A stretch of 64,000 nucleotides of DNA from Alphaproteobacteria bacterium. GTDB lineage: Bacteria; Pseudomonadota; Alphaproteobacteria; Rhizobiales; TMED25. Position numbers and translations under genes: made by a program. The notes beneath the pieces are model-generated. The model saw only the letters and a program-made list of their open reading frames with translations. It did not search any database and was not told the DNA's origin. The stretch is taken from assembly GCA_045565315.1 (NCBI GenBank), contig JBJLFO010000001.1, forward strand, positions 977,061 to 1,041,060, given 5' to 3'. Of the stretch, positions 22,581 through 32,787 are shown piece by piece. How positions within the stretch are numbered: position 1 is the stretch's first letter; every line of letters starts with the position of its first letter.

Positions 22581-22610
22581 ATATTACAATACTCGTGATA
22601 GGGACATCTA

Positions 22611-23501
22611 ATGGTGTATTCTTCAGGATCTGTTTACGATTATTTCACTTTGATGAAGCCTAGAGTCATGTCACTTGTAATTTTTACAAGTTTTGTTGGT
22701 TTAATATTATCACCTTTGGCTATCAATCCTTTTTTAGCCTGTATCGCAATTATCTGTATTGCAATCGGAGCCGGAGCTTCAGGGGCATTAAATATGTGGT
22801 TTGATGCGGACATAGATAGTATCATGAAGCGTACTTCAAATAGACCAATACCTTCAGGAAATATCTCTAAATCTGAAGCATTAACATATGGCATTATCAT
22901 GGCTGCTGGGTCGGTATATGTAATGGGAGTTTTGATTAATTGGTTCTCGGCAATATTTTTAGCATTCACTATTTTTTTTTATGTTTTCATATACACGATT
23001 TGGTTAAAAAGAAAAACTATACAGAATATTGTTATTGGAGGTGCAGCTGGTGCATTTCCTCCTGTTATTGGTTGGATATCGACTGAGGCATCAATAACAC
23101 TAGAACCTATTTTATTATTTTTAATTATCTTTTTGTGGACTCCGCCGCATTTCTGGGCATTAGCAATTGTAACCTCCAATGAGTATGAAAAGGCAAATAT
23201 ACCAATGATGCCAAATGTAATGGGCAATAAAGTCACAATCAATCGAATACTTGTTTACTCTATTATTATGTCTTTTACAGCAATTTCTCCATATTTTATT
23301 GATATGGTGTCTATTATTTATCTCATACCAGTTTCTATACTTAGTCTAACTTTCGTCTTTTTGGCAGCACAGCTCTATGTGTCGAAAAATGATAAATCAA
23401 TAAAAAATCATTCAAAAAAATTATTTATATATTCTATTTATTATTTATTTATGGTCTTTGTGATTTTTTTAGTGGATTATACTTATTCTTATTACAACTG
23501 A
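22611..23501 (+). CDS. ctaB: Protoheme IX farnesyltransferase (heme o synthase)
   Basis: LMKPRV, DADID..M.RT..RP, QNIVIGG and WTPPHFWAL. Confidence 0.97.
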   Translation: MVYSSGSVYDYFTLMKPRVMSLVIFTSFVGLILSPLAINPFLACIAIICIAIGAGASGALNMWFDADIDSIMKRTSNRPIPSGNISKSEALTYGIIMAAGSVYVMGVLINWFSAIFLAFTIFFYVFIYTIWLKRKTIQNIVIGGAAGAFPPVIGWISTEASITLEPILLFLIIFLWTPPHFWALAIVTSNEYEKANIPMMPNVMGNKVTINRILVYSIIMSFTAISPYFIDMVSIIYLIPVSILSLTFVFLAAQLYVSKNDKSIKNHSKKLFIYSIYYLFMVFVIFLVDYTYSYYN

Positions 23502-23515
23502 GAGGATTTTTATTA

Positions 23516-23674
23516 ATGCCAGATGACAAAGAAATAAAAAAAAAGGATAGTGAATTAGATAATTTCATTGCAAATAGAAAGAAAAAATCAATAGCAATTG
23601 CTGTAATATTATTTGCATTAGTATTGGTTTTCTTTTTCACAACCGTAGTTCGTATCACTTCAAATATTTCTTAG
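23516..23674 (+). CDS. Small membrane protein, CoxF-like (52 aa; absent from the ORF track)
   Basis: AGAGGA RBS at 23501-23506; ATG 23516 to TAG 23674; MPDDKEIKKKDSELDNFIANRKKKSIAIAVILFALVLVFFFTTVVRITSNIS, a basic patch followed by one TM helix; sits between ctaB and ctaG. Confidence 0.75.
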   Translation: MPDDKEIKKKDSELDNFIANRKKKSIAIAVILFALVLVFFFTTVVRITSNIS

Positions 23675-23690
23675 ATGATAAATTAATATT

Positions 23691-24227
23691 ATGAAAAATA
23701 CTCAAAAAAATACAAAGATACTTTTGTTATGTGTTTCAATTGTATTCTTCATGGGAGCACTCTCTTTGGCTGCAGTACCTTTGTATGATTTATTTTGTAA
23801 AGTCACGGGTTATAAAGGGGCTCCACGAGTTGTTAATTTGGTTACTTCAGATATCGGAGAAAGAGAGTTTTTGATAAGATACGATGTTAATGTTTCAAAT
23901 GATCTGAACTGGGAGGTTGAGCCTGAAAAGAAAGTAGATAGTATCACAAGCGGGGGTAATAAATACACGTATTATAATGCAAAGAATTTATCTTCTAATA
24001 AGACTAATGGAGTTGCAACTTATAATATAATTCCTGCAGAAGCTGCAGCATATGTATTGAAAGTTGAGTGTTTTTGCTTTAATGGGCAGGAGCTTGAACC
24101 CAATGAAAAAATCGAGATGCCATTAACCTATTACATCGATCCAGCAATAGATAGAGACAAGGAATTAAAAAATGTTGATACGATTACAATTTCGTATACT
24201 TTTTTTAAAAATAAGGATTTATTGTAA
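23691..24227 (+). CDS. ctaG: Cytochrome c oxidase assembly protein CtaG/Cox11
   Basis: AVPLYDLFCKVTG and the CFCF copper motif. Confidence 0.96.
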   Translation: MKNTQKNTKILLLCVSIVFFMGALSLAAVPLYDLFCKVTGYKGAPRVVNLVTSDIGEREFLIRYDVNVSNDLNWEVEPEKKVDSITSGGNKYTYYNAKNLSSNKTNGVATYNIIPAEAAAYVLKVECFCFNGQELEPNEKIEMPLTYYIDPAIDRDKELKNVDTITISYTFFKNKDLL

Positions 24228-24287
24228 TAAAATATCGTATATAATGTATCAAAATCGAAGCTATCATCAAATTGTAAGATCATCAAA

Positions 24288-25121
24288 ATGAGCGAACTAG
24301 ATTCAAAAAATCATGATTATCATTTAGTCGACCCAAGTCCTTGGCCTGTGATTGGAGCTGTTTCAGCTTTTGTGACAGCTATTGGCGCTGTTATATATTT
24401 TCACCAAGACAGTTATTGGCTTTTGATTTTAGGCTTAATAGCGGTTCTATTTACAATGTATGGGTGGTGGAGAGAAGTGATTAAAGAAGCTCACAATGGT
24501 GATCATACGCCTGTTGTTCAAATTCACTTAAGGTATGGGATGATAATGTTTATCGCTTCAGAGGTTATGTTCTTTGTGGCGTGGTTTTGGTCATACTTTG
24601 ATGCATCACTTTATGCGGGTGATATTCCGCAGTATTTAAGAACTGAATTGACGGGGGGTCACTGGCCGCCAGATGCAATTGCGACTTTTGATCCATGGCA
24701 TCTACCTCTGCTTAATACTCTAATCTTGCTTACATCTGGAACAGCTGTAACTTGGGCGCATCACTCTTTACTTCATGATGATCGAAAAGGTTTAAGAATT
24801 GGATTATTATTAACAGTTGGACTTGGTGCAATTTTTACTTGTGTACAAGCATACGAATATAGCCATGCAGCCTTCAATTTTTCCGGACATATTTATGGAG
24901 CTACTTTTTTTATGGCTACTGGTTTTCATGGTTTTCATGTATTAGTAGGAACTATTTTTCTACTAGTTTGTAGCTTTAGGGTCAAAGCCGGGCATTTTAA
25001 TAAAGATCAGCATTTTGGTTTCGAAGCCGCTGCTTGGTATTGGCATTTTGTTGACGTTGTATGGTTATTCCTTTTTGCTGCCATATATGTATGGGGAGCA
25101 GGGGATATAGTTCCCCATTAG
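24288..25121 (+). CDS. coxC: Cytochrome c oxidase subunit III
   Basis: HDYHLVDPSPWP, FIASEVMFF, TGFHGFHV and WYWHFVDVVW. Confidence 0.98.
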   Translation: MSELDSKNHDYHLVDPSPWPVIGAVSAFVTAIGAVIYFHQDSYWLLILGLIAVLFTMYGWWREVIKEAHNGDHTPVVQIHLRYGMIMFIASEVMFFVAWFWSYFDASLYAGDIPQYLRTELTGGHWPPDAIATFDPWHLPLLNTLILLTSGTAVTWAHHSLLHDDRKGLRIGLLLTVGLGAIFTCVQAYEYSHAAFNFSGHIYGATFFMATGFHGFHVLVGTIFLLVCSFRVKAGHFNKDQHFGFEAAAWYWHFVDVVWLFLFAAIYVWGAGDIVPH

Positions 25122-25144
25122 GAATGTATCTTAAAGTTTTTTAA

Positions 25145-25522
25145 GTGAATAGACAAAAACCAATATTATATATTCTAAAAACTCTTATTTTAGGCCTTTG
25201 CCCATCTTGTTTAAAAGCAAGTATCTTTCATAAAATAATAATACTAAAGAGAGATTGTCATATATGTTCGGAAGATTTTTCAAAATATAATCTTGGCGAT
25301 GCTGATAATTTTTTTGTAATACTTGTTGTTGGTATTATCATAATGGCAGGACTGGTCTTTGCGGAAATACATTACCAGCCTTCATTATCTCTACAGATGA
25401 TTATTTGGATACCGGCTACTATTATTTTATCCATATTATTCACTAGGCCAATAAAAGCCTATTTTTTGTATTTAGGATATAAATTAGATAAAAAAAGAAA
25501 AAACACTCAATATGAAAAGTAA
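25145..25522 (+). CDS. DUF983 family membrane protein
   Basis: CPSC...CHIC followed by two TM helices; conserved position after coxC. Confidence 0.75.
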   Translation: MNRQKPILYILKTLILGLCPSCLKASIFHKIIILKRDCHICSEDFSKYNLGDADNFFVILVVGIIIMAGLVFAEIHYQPSLSLQMIIWIPATIILSILFTRPIKAYFLYLGYKLDKKRKNTQYEK

Positions 25523-26237
25523 AATAAAAATTATTCTTGTAAATACTACTGTATTGATAAGCTTTATTATTCTTGTAACATTGGGTACATGGCAATTAGA
25601 CCGTAAGGAACAAAAAGAACAACTATTTGAAAAAATAAAGAGAGTAAACTTAGTAGTGGAAGATTTTGAGAATATAGTGATAAATGAAAATAATCTGAAT
25701 GATTGGATATACAAGAAAGTCTCTTTTAAAGGTAATTATAGGTATGAAAAAGAGCTATATGTATTTACACATTTATCTGATCCTCGAGGAGATTATGGCG
25801 GAGCTGGATATTGGATTTTTAACTTATTCGTCTCATCCAAGGGTAGTTTAATTATTATTAATAGAGGCTTTGTGCCTCAAGATATGATTAATGAATTCAA
25901 ATCAAAAGATTCTTCAGAGCCTGTCAATAATTCACAAATAGGTTATATAAGAAGTTTTGAAAAAAGAAATATTTTTACACCAGATACAGATTTTAATGGT
26001 AAGATTTTATACTCAATTTTAAAAGAGGATATAAAAAAGATATTTGATATTAATGGCATTGAACCATATTTTGTAGATCTAATTTCGTCAAATCAATTAA
26101 TTCCCCAGTCAAATGAAACTAGGTTAAAATTCCCAGATAATCACCTTTCTTATGCAATAACATGGTATGGTCTTGCAACAAGCTTATTATTTATATATTT
26201 TTATGCCAGAATAAAAAGAAGAAAATCAAATCATTGA
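25512..26237 (+). CDS. SURF1 family cytochrome oxidase biogenesis protein
   Basis: LGTWQLDR, INRGFVP and NHLSYAITWY. Confidence 0.93.
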   Translation: MKSKIKIILVNTTVLISFIILVTLGTWQLDRKEQKEQLFEKIKRVNLVVEDFENIVINENNLNDWIYKKVSFKGNYRYEKELYVFTHLSDPRGDYGGAGYWIFNLFVSSKGSLIIINRGFVPQDMINEFKSKDSSEPVNNSQIGYIRSFEKRNIFTPDTDFNGKILYSILKEDIKKIFDINGIEPYFVDLISSNQLIPQSNETRLKFPDNHLSYAITWYGLATSLLFIYFYARIKRRKSNH

Positions 26238-26239
26238 AA

Positions 26240-27625
26240 ATGCGTTATATCAGTACAAGAAATAATAAAGAGGAATATTCTTTTGAAGATATTCTTTTGA
26301 AGGGACTTGCAGATGATGGTGGGTTATATATTCCAAATCAAGTTCCGTCTCTAAGTAAAGATGATCTCTCCGAGATATTAAAAATGGATTACCAGTCTAT
26401 TGCTTTAAGAATAATAAAATTATTTACTCAAGATACATTCAGTGAGGCAGTCCTTCGAAGGATGGTCAATGACTCCTATAAATGTTTTAATAAAACAGAA
26501 ATTACACCAATTCATAACTTGGATAAAAAAACTTCCATTCTAGAATTATATCATGGCCCAACACTTGCTTTTAAAGATATTGCAATGCAATTATTGTCTA
26601 GAATGATCGAAGAAGTTTTATCAAAAGATAATAGTAAAGCATCAATAATCTGCGCTACGTCAGGTGATACAGGTGGAGCTGCAGTTGCTTCTTTTGCAGG
26701 AAAGAAGAATATCGACTTATATATACTATTCCCAGAGGGTCGGATATCAGAAGTTCAAAGAAGGTTCATGACAACATCTCAACAGAATAATATCAATGTA
26801 ATCTCAATAGATGGAAATTTTGATGATTGTCAAAATATTGTGAAATCTCTTTTCAGAGATAAAAGCTTTTCCCAATCTGTGAACTTAACAGCTGTTAATT
26901 CAATAAATTGGGCGAGAATCATGATTCAAATAATCTATTATTTTTCAGCTATAGCACAAAATCCAAAAGATAAAAAAAATCCAGATATTATTGTGCCAAC
27001 TGGCAACTTTGGTGATATATTTGCCGGTTATATAGCAAAAAAAATGGGATTGGGTATCGGTAAATTAGTTATTGCATCCAATGTGAATAATATTCTTGAA
27101 AGGTGTCTAAATACAGGAACATATGAGATATTGGAAGCTATTCAAACAAATTCACCATCAATGGATATACAGATTTCCAGTAATTTTGAGAGGCTCTTAT
27201 ATGATCTAGTTAACCACGATACAAAAAAATTAAGTAAAATGATGGACGAATTAGCTAAAGATGGTCAATTTTCACTTGATGAAGCAGAGCTTTCGAAATT
27301 AAACTCTATATTTGATGCAGGATCCATAGAACAGATTGAGACAATAAACATTATTAAAAAGATTTATAATCAGCATAATCTTATTCTTGATCCACATACT
27401 GCTATAGCCGCAGGGGTGTCGTCAAAGAATAACTATCATAATTCAATTATTCTCTCAACTGCACATCCTGCCAAGTTTCCTCAAGCTATTAAGGATGCTA
27501 TTGGAATTGAAGCTGAACTTCCATTAAAAAACAAAAATATATTTGAATTACCAGAGCATATTAAAAATATGAAAAATGATATGAGTTTGGTAAAAAATCA
27601 TATAGTCTCAAATTTTAAAAGGTAA
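26240..27625 (+). CDS. thrC: Threonine synthase
   Basis: MRYISTR, HGPTLAFKD (PLP lysine), ATSGDTG and PTGNFGD. Real start is about 26240, not 26162. Confidence 0.97.
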   Translation: MRYISTRNNKEEYSFEDILLKGLADDGGLYIPNQVPSLSKDDLSEILKMDYQSIALRIIKLFTQDTFSEAVLRRMVNDSYKCFNKTEITPIHNLDKKTSILELYHGPTLAFKDIAMQLLSRMIEEVLSKDNSKASIICATSGDTGGAAVASFAGKKNIDLYILFPEGRISEVQRRFMTTSQQNNINVISIDGNFDDCQNIVKSLFRDKSFSQSVNLTAVNSINWARIMIQIIYYFSAIAQNPKDKKNPDIIVPTGNFGDIFAGYIAKKMGLGIGKLVIASNVNNILERCLNTGTYEILEAIQTNSPSMDIQISSNFERLLYDLVNHDTKKLSKMMDELAKDGQFSLDEAELSKLNSIFDAGSIEQIETINIIKKIYNQHNLILDPHTAIAAGVSSKNNYHNSIILSTAHPAKFPQAIKDAIGIEAELPLKNKNIFELPEHIKNMKNDMSLVKNHIVSNFKR

Positions 27626-27629
27626 TTAA

Positions 27630-28889
27630 ATGACAACAAATATTAGTAGCCTAACAAATAATATCAAAATTATTTCTAATAATATGCAGAATTTTAGTTC
27701 TGTATCCCTTGGTATATGGATAGAAGTTGGATCTCGTAATGAGATTGAAGATGAACAAGGAATATCACATCTACTAGAGCATATGGCGTTTAAAGGTACT
27801 AAAACTCGCTCCTCAAAGCAGATCGCATTAGAAATTGAAAATGTTGGTGGTGACATAAATGCCTCAACTAGTGTTGAGAGAACTAATTATTATGTTAGAT
27901 TATTAGAGAATGATCTTGAAATAGGTGTCTCAATATTATCCGATATTATACAAAACTCAACTTTTGATCCAAATGAATTAAAAAAAGAAAAGAGTGTAAT
28001 TTTTCAAGAACTTGCAGCAACGTTAGACTCTCCAGATGATATGGTTTTTGAAAATTTCCAAAGTGCAGCATATCATGATCAACCAATTGGAAGGTCCATA
28101 CTCGGTAATAAAGAAACTTTATTAAATATTGACTCGACAAAGTTGGTCTCATATTTAAACAAATTCTATCATGCTGATAATATTATTATTGTAGCAACAG
28201 GTGCTGTTGATCATGAGAAATTGCATAGTCTATGTGAAAAGTATTTATCTAACTTAGATAGAACTGACTCACCTAAGACAAATATTGCAAGCTATAGACC
28301 AAATGAAATTAGAGAAATCAGAAATATAGAGCAAGCACACATAATATACGCTTTTGAAGGGTGTTCTTATCATGACAGCCAGCTTTATGTTTCACACGTC
28401 TTCTCAAATATATTAGGAGGGGGAATGTCATCTAGATTATTTCAAAATATTAGGGAAAATTTAGGTCTTGCTTACTCTATATTTTCATTTTCTTCGAGTT
28501 ATAAAGATACGGGAGTATTTGGAATATATTCTGCGACGTCCCCAGATAAGGTAAATGATTATAGTATCTCTGTAGCCCAAGAAATAAAAAATAGTGGATC
28601 CAGTATAAGCGAGGAAGAAATTCAAAAAGCAAAAAAACAAATAAGAGCTGGATTATTAATTTCATCCGAGAATCCTGTTGCAAGAATGAATCAAGTTGCA
28701 AGACAGATGTCGATATATGGTAAATTAATTGAGATGAATGAAATACTAGAAAAAATTGAAAGTATCAACAAAAACCATATTAATGATTTTATAGAAAATA
28801 CATTTAAGCCTGAGAAAATGACTATAAGTGCCTTAGGAGCGATTTCTAAACTTGATGAAATTTCTAAAATCCGACGTTTATATGAATAA
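27630..28889 (+). CDS. M16 family zinc peptidase (MPP-like)
   Basis: HLLEH (HxxEH) motif, GGGMSSRLFQ and GLAYS. Confidence 0.93.
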   Translation: MTTNISSLTNNIKIISNNMQNFSSVSLGIWIEVGSRNEIEDEQGISHLLEHMAFKGTKTRSSKQIALEIENVGGDINASTSVERTNYYVRLLENDLEIGVSILSDIIQNSTFDPNELKKEKSVIFQELAATLDSPDDMVFENFQSAAYHDQPIGRSILGNKETLLNIDSTKLVSYLNKFYHADNIIIVATGAVDHEKLHSLCEKYLSNLDRTDSPKTNIASYRPNEIREIRNIEQAHIIYAFEGCSYHDSQLYVSHVFSNILGGGMSSRLFQNIRENLGLAYSIFSFSSSYKDTGVFGIYSATSPDKVNDYSISVAQEIKNSGSSISEEEIQKAKKQIRAGLLISSENPVARMNQVARQMSIYGKLIEMNEILEKIESINKNHINDFIENTFKPEKMTISALGAISKLDEISKIRRLYE

Positions 28890-28904
28890 TATTAGGTATT
28901 TTAA

Positions 28905-29492
28905 TTGCTTAATCTCTCTAATGAAAAATATAAAATTCTTGCAGAGGATATTTATCTAAGACCTCCATCTTTGCTTGATTATAATAAATGGAGACTAATA
29001 AGAGAAGAAAGTAGAAATTTCTTAACACCTTGGGAGCCCACATGGCATATAGGTGAACATACTCTCAAAAGATATATCAGGTTAATAACGATATATTCCC
29101 GAAGAAGAAGAAGTGACTCTCAATATTCCTTCTTTATCTTTGACAAAAATGATCAATTACTTGGCGGTATTAATGTATTCAATATTAAGAGAGGAATATC
29201 TCAAAGCTGCACAATTGGTTATTGGATTGGTAAAAAATATTCCAATAAAGGTTATATGACAAAGGCCTTAAGTATATTGATAGTTTATTTATTTAATCAA
29301 TATAGAATTAATAGAATCGAAGCTGCATGCTTACCTATTAATAATGCATCAATTAAATTATTACTAAGGCTTGGTTTTTCAGAAGAAGGGTATGCAACAG
29401 ATTATCTAAGAATTAATGGTCGTTGGGAAGATCATTTATTGTTTGCGATTACTAAAAAAAAATATGATCTTGATAAGATAAATGATAAGTAA
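28905..29492 (+). CDS. RimJ-like GNAT N-acetyltransferase
   Basis: FLTPWEP, IGYWIG...GYMT, N.ASI.LL..LGF and YLRINGRWEDH. Confidence 0.88.
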   Translation: MLNLSNEKYKILAEDIYLRPPSLLDYNKWRLIREESRNFLTPWEPTWHIGEHTLKRYIRLITIYSRRRRSDSQYSFFIFDKNDQLLGGINVFNIKRGISQSCTIGYWIGKKYSNKGYMTKALSILIVYLFNQYRINRIEAACLPINNASIKLLLRLGFSEEGYATDYLRINGRWEDHLLFAITKKKYDLDKINDK

Positions 29493-30309
29493 AAATAATA
29501 TATATAATATATGTTTTATTCTAATTTTTATATTATTAGCTATAATAAATAAAGCTAGCTCTATCCCAGAAAATACTGAGTGGCAAGCTAATCATAGTTC
29601 AGATTTGAGGATCATATCAGCAACGGTATTAGAAGATAGGCTTATGATTGGACTTAATATCAGATTACATGATGGGAGCTATACTTATTGGAAAAACCCT
29701 GGTGATAGCGGTGTTGAACCATCTATCCAAATCTTACCTAATCCTGAAATCATACAATATAATGTTCAATGGCCGGCCCCAATAATAATTAAAAATCAAT
29801 ATGGAACAAATTATGCTTACAAAGATGACTTAGTAATTCCAATAGAACTAGAATTAACAAATAAAGGTAATCTCTTAAATTTAGATTTAGATGTAGAATA
29901 TGGGGTTTGTAGAGAAATCTGCATCCCAGTCAAAGACCGAATAGAATTTAAAATAATAAATGATATTGAAAACTATAGGAGCCACACTAATAAATTACTG
30001 AAGAGTGTTTTTACAGATATTCCAAAATATCGACTTGATGATGAAAAAGTGATTCTCAGAACAAAATTATTGAATGTAAATGGAACCAACGTCCTAAGTA
30101 TTATATTTTCTGAGCAAGTTAAGGGCGTAATTATTGATCAATCAGATAATTTTCAATTTTTTGATACAGGAAATTCATTACAATATTACGAAGAATATCA
30201 ATTTACTTTCAGAGAGATCTATAATGACAGAGAAATTAGAGGAGAAAAAGTTTCAGCATTGATATTTCTTGAAAATGAATATTTTCTAGAAGATTTCATA
30301 ATTGAGTAG
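29482..30309 (+). CDS. DsbD N-terminal (DsbC-like) domain periplasmic protein
   Basis: Signal peptide, TYWKNPGDSG, WPAP and GVCREICIP. Confidence 0.8.
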   Translation: MISKNNIYNICFILIFILLAIINKASSIPENTEWQANHSSDLRIISATVLEDRLMIGLNIRLHDGSYTYWKNPGDSGVEPSIQILPNPEIIQYNVQWPAPIIIKNQYGTNYAYKDDLVIPIELELTNKGNLLNLDLDVEYGVCREICIPVKDRIEFKIINDIENYRSHTNKLLKSVFTDIPKYRLDDEKVILRTKLLNVNGTNVLSIIFSEQVKGVIIDQSDNFQFFDTGNSLQYYEEYQFTFREIYNDREIRGEKVSALIFLENEYFLEDFIIE

Positions 30310-30745
30310 ATTTTGCGTCTAGTATTGCGTTCGTAGCTAGATTATCAGCTATTTCATTTCCAACATTTCCAATATGTCCTTTAACCCACCTCCATTCAAT
30401 TTGGTGTTTTTCAACAGACTCTATTAGAGAAACCCATAAGTCTTTATTTTTGACATCTTTTTTGTTAGCATTTTTCCAGTTATTCTTCTGCCAGTTAAAA
30501 ATCCATTTAGTTATACCATCTTTTAAATAAACAGAGTCCGTATAAATAATAACACTTGAAGATCTTTTTAGTGCGTTTAAGCCTTTAATAGCTGCAGTTA
30601 GTTCCATACGATTATTTGTTGTATCATATTCTGATCCAGACATTTCTCTTTTATTATCACCATATAAAAGATATACACCCCATCCTCCAATTCCGGGATT
30701 ACCCGAACAGGCACCATCTGTATATATTTCTATTATTTTACTCAT
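30296..30745 (-). CDS. rnhA: Ribonuclease HI
   Basis: YTDGACSGNPG, TTNNRMEL, KNKDLW, WVKGH and NEIAD. Confidence 0.98.
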   Translation of the reverse strand: MSKIIEIYTDGACSGNPGIGGWGVYLLYGDNKREMSGSEYDTTNNRMELTAAIKGLNALKRSSSVIIYTDSVYLKDGITKWIFNWQKNNWKNANKKDVKNKDLWVSLIESVEKHQIEWRWVKGHIGNVGNEIADNLATNAILDAKSTQL

Positions 30746-31706
30746 ATATTCCGTAGTCTTTTACACTTAAAACCGACTGATGAAATCTTAATTTATTAAA
30801 ATATTCAAGTGGATCTTTTGGAATGACAAGAGCTCTTTTATCATCTCTTTGCCAATCAATTATTCTTGTTAAGAGAAACCTCAGGGCACTACCTCTGCAT
30901 AATATAGGCAAATAATATAATTCATCCATAGATAAATCTCTAAATTTTTTATATCCTTCAAGCAGGTGTTTGGCCTTGGTAATATTAAAGGAGTTATCTT
31001 TTTCGAAACACCATGCATTAATACAAATTGCTATATCAAATGCATAAAATTCATTACAGGCAAAATAGAAGTCAATTACTCCAGAAAGTGAAGACGCATC
31101 AAAAAATATATTATCAGGAAATAAATCGCCATGTATAATGCCAAGAGGAAGATTTTGTGGCCAATTACTAGTCAGAAAATTTAATTCTTTCACTATCTCT
31201 TTATCAAGATTATTTTGTAAATCTTTTATTGGGTATTTAATAGATTTATAAAGTTTGCTCCAATGGTTAAAAGAAAGGTTATTATCTCTATATATATCCA
31301 AATTAACTGTCTTTTGATGTATATCAGCAAGAGTTTGCCCAACTAAACTACAATGTTCGTTTTTAATATTAATCGTAGATTTTCCATATAAAAAACTGAA
31401 TATTGCAGCGTGGCGCCCATTGAGATTTTCTGTATACCTTTTACTTTTCATTATTATAGGCTTTGGACAGACTATATCTCTTTTATCGAGGTGGACCAAA
31501 AGGTCTATAAAAAAAGGAATATCTGAAGATGATACCCGTTGTTCATATAATGTGAGTATATATTTACAATTATTTGTCTCAATTATATAATTTGTATTTT
31601 CGACACCTTGAGTTATTTCAGTTATTGATACCAAATTTCCCAAATCATAATATTTATCTAAAAACTCATTTGCATCTTCAAGAGTAACTTTTGTATATAC
31701 GGCCAT
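30738..31706 (-). CDS. thrB: Homoserine kinase type II
   Basis: MAVYT, GVENTNY, HGDLFPDN, IDFYFAC and RFLLTR. Confidence 0.95.
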   Translation of the reverse strand: MAVYTKVTLEDANEFLDKYYDLGNLVSITEITQGVENTNYIIETNNCKYILTLYEQRVSSSDIPFFIDLLVHLDKRDIVCPKPIIMKSKRYTENLNGRHAAIFSFLYGKSTINIKNEHCSLVGQTLADIHQKTVNLDIYRDNNLSFNHWSKLYKSIKYPIKDLQNNLDKEIVKELNFLTSNWPQNLPLGIIHGDLFPDNIFFDASSLSGVIDFYFACNEFYAFDIAICINAWCFEKDNSFNITKAKHLLEGYKKFRDLSMDELYYLPILCRGSALRFLLTRIIDWQRDDKRALVIPKDPLEYFNKLRFHQSVLSVKDYGIYE

Positions 31707-31710
31707 TGGA

Positions 31711-32688
31711 TTATATTTTTTTTATTTTTGGAAGCCTAAAACTTATATTTTCTTCTGTAAAAGTATCATTTATCAACTTCACATCAAATTTGTTAGAGAG
31801 TTTATTGATAATCTCTTGGACTAACACCTCTGGAGCTGATGCACCTGCAGTGATGAATAAATTATCTATATTATCTATAATTTTCCAATCAATTTGATTT
31901 ACGTTTTCAATCAAATAAGATTGCTCACACCCTGATCTTTTTCCGACTTCAACGAGCCTCAGAGAGTTAGAACTATGACTAGATCCAACAACAAGCATTA
32001 CATCAGCATATTTTGCTAATTTCTTTACTACCTCTTGTCTATTTGTTGTTGCATAGCATATATCTTCTTTATGTGGAGATTTAATATTTGGATATTTAGA
32101 TTTTAATAAAGCAACTATTTCCAATGTATCATCTACTGATAATGTAGTCTGGGTAATATAAGCAATCTTTTTGGGATTAATTGGGGTATATTTTTTAGCG
32201 TCATTAATGTTTTCAATTAAATTAATAGAATTTTCTGGAAGTTGTCCAATCGTACCTATCACTTCTGGGTGGTTTCTATGACCGATGAGAATTATTTCGA
32301 AACCTTCTTTATGTAATTTCTTTGCTTCGATATGTACTTTTGAAACCAGTGGACAAGTAGCATCTATGAAATTTAGATTTTTATGCTCTGCATCTTTAAC
32401 TACAGACTCTGCGACACCATGCGCCGAAAATATTATTGGTTGATCGGTTCTCGGAATTTCATCCAATTCTTCAACAAAAACAACCCCTTTTTTGATTAGT
32501 TCATTTACAACTGTTTTATTATGTACAATATCATGTCTGACATAAACTGGTGCGCCATATTCAATTAGAGATTTTTCAACAATTTGAATGGCACGTTCTA
32601 CTCCAGCACAAAACCCACGCGGGTTGGCAAGGTATACATTTAATTCTTTTTTAATTACATCTATATTCATATTTTGATTATTATCCAC
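31711..32688 (-). CDS. ispH: 4-hydroxy-3-methylbut-2-enyl diphosphate reductase
   Basis: PRGFCAGV, DATCPLV, QTTLS, DICYATTNRQ and SSNS. Confidence 0.98.
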   Translation of the reverse strand: MDNNQNMNIDVIKKELNVYLANPRGFCAGVERAIQIVEKSLIEYGAPVYVRHDIVHNKTVVNELIKKGVVFVEELDEIPRTDQPIIFSAHGVAESVVKDAEHKNLNFIDATCPLVSKVHIEAKKLHKEGFEIILIGHRNHPEVIGTIGQLPENSINLIENINDAKKYTPINPKKIAYITQTTLSVDDTLEIVALLKSKYPNIKSPHKEDICYATTNRQEVVKKLAKYADVMLVVGSSHSSNSLRLVEVGKRSGCEQSYLIENVNQIDWKIIDNIDNLFITAGASAPEVLVQEIINKLSNKFDVKLINDTFTEENISFRLPKIKKI

Positions 32689-32787
32689 ATATGTAAATCA
32701 GTCTATAAATTTCTATAGCATTCTATAGGATATTATGAATAATATAGATATCAAAATAAATGTTCAAATATAATAGTCGAATCAAAA

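Noticed and set aside
23449-23658. 69-aa minus-strand ORF in the cox operon
   Set aside because: It is antisense to the better-supported plus-strand coxF-like ORF, which has an RBS and matches operon orientation.
24228-24287. ATCATCAAA direct repeats before coxC
   Set aside because: Short, AT-rich and irregularly spaced; plausible by chance.
26162-26239. Long N-terminal extensions from the ORF track (thrC here; also rluB, waaA, lpxK, ubiA and UDG)
   Set aside because: These are longest-ORF artefacts; downstream starts match the family N-termini.
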